From Methanobacteriota archaeon (lineage in GTDB: Archaea > Hydrothermarchaeota > Hydrothermarchaeia > Hydrothermarchaeales > JACRDW01): DNA of 15,471 bases. The notes below the pieces were generated by a model. The model did no database searches, was not told the origin of the DNA, and worked only from the letters and a program-made list of their open reading frames with translations. Shown here piece after piece: positions 9,239 to 15,471 of the stretch (positions within the stretch are counted from its first letter, which is position 1; each line of letters opens with the position of its first letter). A program made the position numbers and the translations under genes. The DNA is taken from the NCBI GenBank assembly GCA_043820925.1, contig JBDRDL010000075.1, positions 1 through 15,471 of the forward strand, in the 5' to 3' direction.

Positions 9239-10368
9239 TAACTGTAATCGGAACTGCGCACATATCTCAGGAGAGCATCAACGAAGTTAGAGAAAAAATT
9301 TTAGAGCTGAAGCCAGACCTCGTTGCAGTGGAGCTCTGCGAGTCCAGGTATAAAGGCTTGCTTGAGCAGAAAGATGTGCCGATATTCGAGTTAATAAAGA
9401 GCAAAAATTCCTTTGTGCTCATTGCAAGTATCATGCTCTCGTTTTTGCAGAGAAGACTCGGGGAAGAGGTCGGGGTAAAGCCTGGCAAGGAAATGCTGAT
9501 TGCGATAGATACGGCGAAGGAATTAAATGCGAAGGTTGCGCTCATCGACAGGGACATAAGGGTTACTTTAAACAGGGCGCTAGGTAAGATGGGATTTTTT
9601 GAAAAATTGAGAGTCGTCAAGGAGATGCTCACTACTTTTGCGCTGTCTAAAGAAGAGCTGGAGAAAGAAATGCAGGAAATGAAAAAAGAAGGGCAAATAT
9701 CGAGTATATTGGAAAATTTCAAAAGCATTTCCCCGAACATATTCGAGGTTCTGGTGAAAGAGAGAGATGCCTTCATGGCTCATACTCTTTTAAAGCTCCA
9801 AGAAAATTTTAAGAATATCGTCGCTGTCGTAGGCGCAGGACATAAAAATGGAATCGAAGAATATCTCTCAGACCCTGAGAAAATTCAAGAAGTAGATACT
9901 CTGCTCGAAGTTCCTGAGAAAAGATTCGGCATTGCAAAGCTCTTAAAATTTGGAGTACCTGCACTCGTTGTTGCGATGTTTGTGCTTGCGTTTTATAAAG
10001 GCATATCTCTCCGCAATCCAGTCGGGCTGTGGGTACTGAATCATGCAGTACCTACGTTTATAGCGGTGATGCTGGCTGGAGGAAGCATCTTATCTGCAGC
10101 TGTAGGAATGGCTGCCTCTCCATTAACTTCTCTGAATCCGATGCTTGCAGCCGGCTGGTTTGCCGGCTTAGCTGAAATGAAGGTAAGGAAAATAACTGTC
10201 GAGGATGTATCTGAGATGTTTAAAATAACAGGCTGCATGGAGCTGTATCGAAACAAGGCATTCAAGGTCCTGCTCGTTACTGCCCTTGCAAACCTCGGCA
10301 GCATGCTCGGCACTTTTATATCGTTTCCTACAATAATTTTTCCGTTGATAAAGAGCATATTAGGATGA
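9235..10368 (+). CDS. TraB/PrgY/GumN (Tiki-like) family membrane protein
   Basis: IGTAHIS, VAVELC..RY, GVKPGKEM, LIDRDI, LVKERDAFMA and VVGAGH, followed by C-terminal TM helices. Confidence 0.93.
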
Positions 10369-10372
10369 GAAA

Positions 10373-10768
10373 ATGAGAATCATAAGCTTCCTTAAGTTTT
10401 ATATAATCTCAATTGCATTTTTGTTTATATTTTATTCCTTCTACGACCTAGGTTTAAAGAGGGAAATTTTAATATTTCTGGCGGTCTCCCTGCTTTCCCC
10501 CCAAATATTCAAAGTTGCTGTTAGAGTCAGAGGCGTGAGGAGGGGAGATGTCGTGCTGATTTCTGTTAAAAGTCAAAATACGCTTGGATTCTTTCTTCAA
10601 AAATTTCCTGCAAGGGCACTTAGCAGCGGAAGAATAGGCGAGGTGATTGACCTCGAGTATAACTTTAAGAATGCAAAAGGCGAAATAGTCAGCTACGGCG
10701 GCATCTTCTTTCCAGCCGAGGTGAATATTCTCTATTACGAAGAGCCTCTGAAAGTGGTGAATAAATGA
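10373..10768 (+). CDS. Hypothetical membrane protein (2 N-terminal TM segments + beta-rich soluble domain)
   Basis: Starts 4 nt after traB, ATGA overlap with the next gene, hydrophobic N-terminus. Confidence 0.75.
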   Translation: MRIISFLKFYIISIAFLFIFYSFYDLGLKREILIFLAVSLLSPQIFKVAVRVRGVRRGDVVLISVKSQNTLGFFLQKFPARALSSGRIGEVIDLEYNFKNAKGEIVSYGGIFFPAEVNILYYEEPLKVVNK

Positions 10769-11346
10769 GATTTAGCATTGAAGAGCTTAAAGAACTGCTG
10801 ATTTCTGCTCTTGTTATTGGATTCGTTTTTGCCTGGATAATGAGGAAACATCCAATTTTTTCTGGCACTAGTTTTTTTGCAGTTTTCGTAGTAATGCTCA
10901 TCGCAGTTGGAGCTGCTTTTATATTCCACGAGCTTGCGCACAAGTTTGTGGCTCAGAGATACGACTACCGGGCAGAGTACAGAATGTGGGAAACTGGCTT
11001 GATAATTGCATTTTTCCTTGCAGTTACTGTTGGAATAGTCTTCGCTGCTCCCGGCGCAGTGCACATAGAGAGCAGATACCATCAAATCTCAAAGAGAGAG
11101 AATGGACTTATTTCGCTCGCAGGTCCCCTGACAAACCTCAGCCTGGGAATAGCATTTCTAACGCTTACTTTCAAGGAGGGCATCATAGCTACCTTAGGTA
11201 GCATTGGCTTTTTTGTGAACACCTGGCTTGCGCTGTTTAATTTGATTCCCTTTCCGCCTCTCGACGGCTCTAAAGTTATGGGCTGGAATTTCGCAGTTTG
11301 GGGAATAGTTTTTGTTGCTTCGATGGCGCTTTTAGGCATTGCGTGA
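10765..11346 (+). CDS. Site-2 protease (peptidase M50)
   Basis: HELAH zinc motif, AAPGAV, SLAGPLTN and FNLIPFPPLDGSK. Confidence 0.95.
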   Translation: MRFSIEELKELLISALVIGFVFAWIMRKHPIFSGTSFFAVFVVMLIAVGAAFIFHELAHKFVAQRYDYRAEYRMWETGLIIAFFLAVTVGIVFAAPGAVHIESRYHQISKRENGLISLAGPLTNLSLGIAFLTLTFKEGIIATLGSIGFFVNTWLALFNLIPFPPLDGSKVMGWNFAVWGIVFVASMALLGIA

Positions 11347-11389
11347 GCAAGACCGAATGGTTTTGCGCCTACCTTGCGGTATTGCGTGA
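11338..11389 (+). repeat. Short two-hairpin repeat, copy 2, bracketed by ATTGCGTGA direct repeat
   Basis: GCAAGACC-GAAT-GGTTTTGC and TACC-TTGC-GGTA hairpins. ATTGCGTGA at 11338-11346 and 11381-11389. Confidence 0.88.
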
Positions 11390-11431
11390 TTTCAAATAGT
11401 TTTTAATTTGGTATTTTTACATAATATACGT

Positions 11432-11704
11432 ATGGCACATATTACACTAAGCATACCTGATAGATTGCATAGAAAAATGAAGGAGCGTTCGGAAATAAAG
11501 TGGAGCGAGATAGCAAGAAAAGCTATTATAGATTACCTTTCTGCGCTAAAGGGGAAAAGTAGCAGCAGAGAGATTAGAGAAATGCTCCCTCCAGAAGTTG
11601 TGAAAGCTCTGAAATCTGTATCAGAGGAAGCTGCAAAAAGTGCATACAAAGAAATGGTGGCAGAAGAATGGAAAAGGGCGAAGTCTTTGACACAAACCTC
11701 CTAA
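11432..11704 (+). CDS. Ribbon-helix-helix antitoxin (VapB-like)
   Basis: MAHITLSIPD...EIKWSEIARKAI RHH pattern; overlaps the downstream PIN gene. Confidence 0.82.
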   Translation: MAHITLSIPDRLHRKMKERSEIKWSEIARKAIIDYLSALKGKSSSREIREMLPPEVVKALKSVSEEAAKSAYKEMVAEEWKRAKSLTQTS

Positions 11705-11976
11705 TCGAGGGCAAGGGAGAACTTACAACGATATTCAATGTGATAGAATACCCGAAGGTGCTGGAGAGAGACGTAGAAATATTATTCCCTGAGAAAAAAG
11801 ACTTCACAAAAGCCATAGAATTAATGGTTCTGCTGCTTGAGAAGGGAAAGCCTATACCGGCGCTGGACGCTGTTTTAGCGAGCATGTGCATCAACCGCAG
11901 TTTAATTCTTCGCACCAAGGATAAGCATTTCAAAAAAGTCGCAGAAGAGTTTCCAAGTTTCGAAGTGAAAATATGA
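11668..11976 (+). CDS. vapC: PIN-domain toxin (VapC-like)
   Basis: FDTNLLI, ..IEYP, GKPIPALDAVLAS and L.TKDKHF carry the four acidic PIN residues. Confidence 0.88.
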   Translation: MEKGEVFDTNLLIEGKGELTTIFNVIEYPKVLERDVEILFPEKKDFTKAIELMVLLLEKGKPIPALDAVLASMCINRSLILRTKDKHFKKVAEEFPSFEVKI

Positions 11977-12929
11977 AGCAGTTCGTTAAAGACCTAGAGT
12001 TCGGCAGAAAAGTGGAGAGCAAGTTTTCGGTTAAGTACAGGCACCCTCCGAGGGAGTACATGAACGGCTTCATGTTTGTCATTGGCTTGGCAGACAAAAC
12101 AGGAGAAATAGAAGCAACTTACTGGGGGGGTAAAAATTTAGAAAAAGTTAGAAACGTTTATGAAAGCTTTAGAGAGGGTGACGTGGTTCATGTTTCCGGC
12201 ACCGTGGGCGAATTCAGAGATAAGCTGAAAATAGATATCAATGAAGGAGAAGGGATTATCAGAAAAACGGAAGAATACGAAATCGAGGATTTCATCGCAG
12301 AAAGCGAGAGAAACGTAGAGGAGATGGCTTCTGAACTTAGAGAGATTATAATCAGCATAGGCAGCCCGCATTTGAAGTCTCTTTTAGATTCATTCTTCGG
12401 CGATGCAAAGTTCTTTGAAGAATTCAAGAAGGCGCCAGCAGCGATGTACATTCACCACGCCTGCATAGGAGGTTTGTTGGAGCATACACTAAATGTAGCA
12501 AAGCTCTGCGAAGCTGCATATTCCTTATACCCGCAATTGGATAGAGACCTTCTTATGGCAGGAGCTATTCTGCACGACGTTGGCAAGCTGAGGGAATTTA
12601 AGGCAACCACGAACATTAGAATTTCTGAGGAAGGAATGCTCAGAGGGCATATAATAATTGGAGATGAGCTCGTGCAGGAAAAAATAAGGAGCATTAGCGA
12701 ATTTCCGGAAAATCTCGGGCTGAAGCTCTCGCATATTATACTGAGCCACCACGGAAGCAACGAGTATCAATCGCCCAAGGAGCCTCAATTCCCGGAGGCG
12801 GTGGCAGTGCACTATGCAGATGAACTTGATGCAAAGCTCTATCAATACATGGAAATAAAGGAGAAAGCTAAGGAATCGAACGACTTCCGTGCTTACAGTA
12901 AAAGATTGGGCGGAGTATACTTGAAGTAG
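11973..12929 (+). CDS. yhaM: OB-fold + HD-domain nuclease (YhaM/Cbf1-like 3'-5' exoribonuclease)
   Basis: LADKTGEIEA OB fold; APAA..HHA..GGLLEHT, LHDVGK, ILSHHG and HYADELDA. Confidence 0.88.
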   Translation: MKQFVKDLEFGRKVESKFSVKYRHPPREYMNGFMFVIGLADKTGEIEATYWGGKNLEKVRNVYESFREGDVVHVSGTVGEFRDKLKIDINEGEGIIRKTEEYEIEDFIAESERNVEEMASELREIIISIGSPHLKSLLDSFFGDAKFFEEFKKAPAAMYIHHACIGGLLEHTLNVAKLCEAAYSLYPQLDRDLLMAGAILHDVGKLREFKATTNIRISEEGMLRGHIIIGDELVQEKIRSISEFPENLGLKLSHIILSHHGSNEYQSPKEPQFPEAVAVHYADELDAKLYQYMEIKEKAKESNDFRAYSKRLGGVYLK

Positions 12930-13916
12930 CTATTCCATCTCATCCATCTCGTAATTTTCGAATTTCCTTTCCCCGAGCGCAATTTCCAGTTCTGCCGGCG
13001 TTAATACCAGCTGCTTGTATCTCGCTGCATCGTCTATGGTAACTCTCGGGCATGCAGTGTTTACGAGAGTTAATCTTCTGAAAGAAAAAAGAGCTTCAGG
13101 AGAAATTTCATCAAGGTAGAGCAGGTAGGCTTTTTTTCCGTGCTTCTCTATTTTTTTCTTCAGTCTCAGCGCCAGATTTTTCCTTCTCTGCCCCTTCTTT
13201 TCACAGATTATAATTCCAAAAGTTTTTGCATCCTTCGCTCTTGCAATTTTTGCAAATCTTTGACGCAGGATTTTTTCTCTGAAAAAATCCATATCTCGAA
13301 CTTCATTCATCTCGATGTCGAAAGCGAAGGTTTTTTTCCCGGTCGCCAGAGCAGCGCCGAGGGGATGAAAATTCCCGCTGCCGATGTAAACGAAGCAGTC
13401 CACTTTTTCTGCAATACTCTTGGCGCAGCTAAAATTGCACCCCAAAATTTGACCGTCGTATTTTGCCCTTCCTTTAGCCTTTCCAATAAAAACTTCGAAT
13501 TTTTTTTCTTCGAGAAATTCTTTTACTTTTTTTAGAGCATGAACGTGCTGAACCGTCGTCACCAAGCCAACTTTTTTCGGCAGCTTATCTAAATTTTTAG
13601 AAATCAGAGGAATTGGGTCAGCTTCGCTTCTGGTCTCTATATAAAACACAGGTATCCTTGTTTTTGAGATAACCGGCGAATGCCCGAAGTGAAACAGGGC
13701 ATCACACCGCAGCTGCGCAGCCTCTTCGTCAGCAAGGTCGCAGGCACCATAGCAGGGCTTTGAGGAAATTATAACCTCGCATCCGCTACCTTCGCAAATT
13801 TCATCTGCTAGCTCAGCGGCGTGCTCTTTCAAGCCTTCTGGAAACTGCAGGGCAATCGTCTTAAATCTATTTTCCTTTATAATCTTGACGATGCGGTTTA
13901 TCTCAAAATTATACAT
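12930..13916 (-). CDS. dph2: 2-(3-amino-3-carboxypropyl)histidine synthase (diphthamide biosynthesis)
   Basis: LQFPEGLK, CYGACD, HFGHS, GQILGC and TACPR (three Fe-S cysteines). Likely ATG at 13916. Confidence 0.95.
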   Translation of the reverse strand: MYNFEINRIVKIIKENRFKTIALQFPEGLKEHAAELADEICEGSGCEVIISSKPCYGACDLADEEAAQLRCDALFHFGHSPVISKTRIPVFYIETRSEADPIPLISKNLDKLPKKVGLVTTVQHVHALKKVKEFLEEKKFEVFIGKAKGRAKYDGQILGCNFSCAKSIAEKVDCFVYIGSGNFHPLGAALATGKKTFAFDIEMNEVRDMDFFREKILRQRFAKIARAKDAKTFGIIICEKKGQRRKNLALRLKKKIEKHGKKAYLLYLDEISPEALFSFRRLTLVNTACPRVTIDDAARYKQLVLTPAELEIALGERKFENYEMDEME

Positions 13917-13971
13917 AGTATCTTTTTTATTCAAACCAATTAAAATAAGTTTCACTCTTCATTTGAACATG

Positions 13972-13990
13972 CAGAAGAATTTAAATTGGA
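13972..13990 (+). promoter_or_regulatory. Probable BRE/TATA for the rnp3-rnp2-psmA operon
   Basis: AGAAGAA-TTTAAATT about 25 nt upstream of ATG 14010. Confidence 0.5.
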
Positions 13991-14009
13991 CAAGAGCTAA
14001 GAAAACAGC

Positions 14010-14618
14010 ATGAAATTCATAGACCTGCACGTTCATTCCAATCTTTCTTCAGGCAGAGATAGTCCTGCAGAAATGCTTGAGCATGCGAAAAAGCTCGGCA
14101 TCGAGATTGGTTTATGCGACGGCAAGAGAGGAGAATATATATCCGGCGTAGAAATTCGTGCTGGCTTGGAAGATTTCAAAAATTCGCTGTCCAAGGCGTT
14201 ATTAGACTACACAATTGTGCACGGCGGCGATTACGATATAAACAGGCTTGCAGCGAGCAGCTCTCGGGTAGATATTTTAGCGCACCCTGACCTTGGAAGA
14301 AAAGATTCTGGTCTCGATGCAGTGCTTGCAAGGAAGGCTGCCGAGAACAGCGTTGCGATAGAAGTTAACCTGGGAAGCATTATAAAGTCAGGGGGCAGCT
14401 CTAGAGCGCATGCCCTAAAAAATATTCGCAGGAACTTGATGCTTTCTCGAAAATACAAATTCGACCTCGTCGCCGCAAGCGGCGCAAAATCGAGGCTGGA
14501 GCTGAGAAGCGCAGACGGAGTATCCGAGCTTTTGAAGCTTATAGGCTTTACTGAAGAAGAAGCGCTGAGTGCTATGGGAAAAATTCCAGAAAAAATTTTA
14601 AATAGGAGGAGAGGATGA
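14010..14618 (+). CDS. rnp3: Ribonuclease P protein component 3 (Rpp30)
   Basis: FIDLHVH, VHGGD..INR.A, VDILAHP, VAIEVNL and SGA.S..ELRS; adjacent to Pop5 and psmA. Confidence 0.93.
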   Translation: MKFIDLHVHSNLSSGRDSPAEMLEHAKKLGIEIGLCDGKRGEYISGVEIRAGLEDFKNSLSKALLDYTIVHGGDYDINRLAASSSRVDILAHPDLGRKDSGLDAVLARKAAENSVAIEVNLGSIIKSGGSSRAHALKNIRRNLMLSRKYKFDLVAASGAKSRLELRSADGVSELLKLIGFTEEEALSAMGKIPEKILNRRRG

Positions 14619-14971
14619 TTAAGATTCTGCCTCCTTCTCTTAGAGAAAAGAAGCGATATGTAGCATTTCGTGCTTACAGCGAGGAGCCACTCAAAAGAGA
14701 AGAAGTCATCAGAGCCGTCTGGAGCGAGACTTTAGCTTTCTTTGGAGAGAACATAGCAAGTGAGATAAATCTCTGGGTGCTAAACTTCGATGAGGCATCG
14801 CAAAAGGGTTTCCTAGTATGCAGCCACAGAGAGGTCGGAAAGGTTAAAGCTGCGCTCACGCTGGTAAGCATGGTGAATGGCAAGAAGGTTTTCCTACAAA
14901 CCTTAGGAGTTTCGGGCACGATAAAAGCTTTGAAAAGAAAGTTTTTAAATAGTAAAGAGCAAAATAAATGA
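14615..14971 (+). CDS. rnp2: Ribonuclease P protein component 2 (Pop5)
   Basis: LPPSLREKKRYVAF ... LGVSGTIKAL. Confidence 0.95.
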   Translation: MIKILPPSLREKKRYVAFRAYSEEPLKREEVIRAVWSETLAFFGENIASEINLWVLNFDEASQKGFLVCSHREVGKVKAALTLVSMVNGKKVFLQTLGVSGTIKALKRKFLNSKEQNK

Positions 14972-14983
14972 GGAGGATGAAGA

Positions 14984-15471
14984 ATGCAACCATTACCGAG
15001 CATGGGTTATGACAGGACAATAACAGTTTTCAGCCCTGACGGCAGGTTATTTCAGGTAGAGTATGCGAGAGAAGCTGTGAAGCGAGGCACAACTTCGCTG
15101 GGAATTAGATACAAGGGCGGAATTGTTCTCGCAGTTGATAAGAGAATAACGAGCAAGCTGATAGAAGTAGCTTCTATCGAAAAGATTTTCCAGATTGACG
15201 AAAATATAGGCGCTGCTACTTCTGGTTTAGTTGCAGATGCCAGAGTGCTCGTTGATAGAGCGAGAGTTGAAGCTCAGTCGAATAGGATTATTTACAACGA
15301 GTCAATAGACATTGAAATCCTTGCGAAGAAAATATGTGATTTCAAGCAGCTTTACACGCAGCATGGAGGAGTGAGACCTTTCGGCATAGCGCTGCTCATA
15401 GCCGGAGTAAACGATGCCCCGAGATTATTTGAAACAGACCCGAGTGGGGCACTTATAGAGTACAAAGCTAC
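14984..15471 (+). CDS. psmA: Proteasome subunit alpha (partial, runs off window)
   Basis: Own translation: [35 protein letters not shown]...SIEKIFQID...GVRPFG...[14 protein letters not shown] upstream. Confidence 0.97.
   Translation, partial: MQPLPSMGYDRTITVFSPDGRLFQVEYAREAVKRGTTSLGIRYKGGIVLAVDKRITSKLIEVASIEKIFQIDENIGAATSGLVADARVLVDRARVEAQSNRIIYNESIDIEILAKKICDFKQLYTQHGGVRPFGIALLIAGVNDAPRLFETDPSGALIEYKA

Noticed and set aside
12924..12935. yhaM and dph2 stop codons abut exactly (TAG|CTA)
   Set aside because: Ordinary convergent gene packing in a compact genome.

Overview
Gene-dense archaeal chromosomal window. Archaeal origin is shown by cetZ-type tubulins, NAC, Dph2, RNase P Rpp30/Pop5 and proteasome alpha; the lineage looks euryarchaeal but cannot be fixed from sequence alone. 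It holds 23 CDSs. Left: a minus-strand operon of two tubulin/CetZ paralogues plus a secreted protein. Middle: yjbQ, an M42 aminopeptidase, uppS-rlmB-nac-usp-CBS, a PRC-barrel gene with a degenerate ADP-forming acyl-CoA synthetase beta subunit, an archaeal riboflavin pyrimidine reductase, and TraB-membrane protein-M50 protease. Right: a RHH/PIN toxin-antitoxin pair, yhaM, dph2 and the start of the rnp3-rnp2-psmA cluster. The most unexplained signal is non-coding. Five intergenic gaps (about 4109-4290, 5129-5258, 7192-7237, 8850-9238, 11338-11389) are filled with modular hairpin elements. They share sequence blocks, show stem covariation and internal inversions, are sometimes flanked by 9-15 bp direct repeats, and overlap start or stop codons of neighbouring genes. 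No transposase, rRNA, tRNA or CRISPR array is seen.
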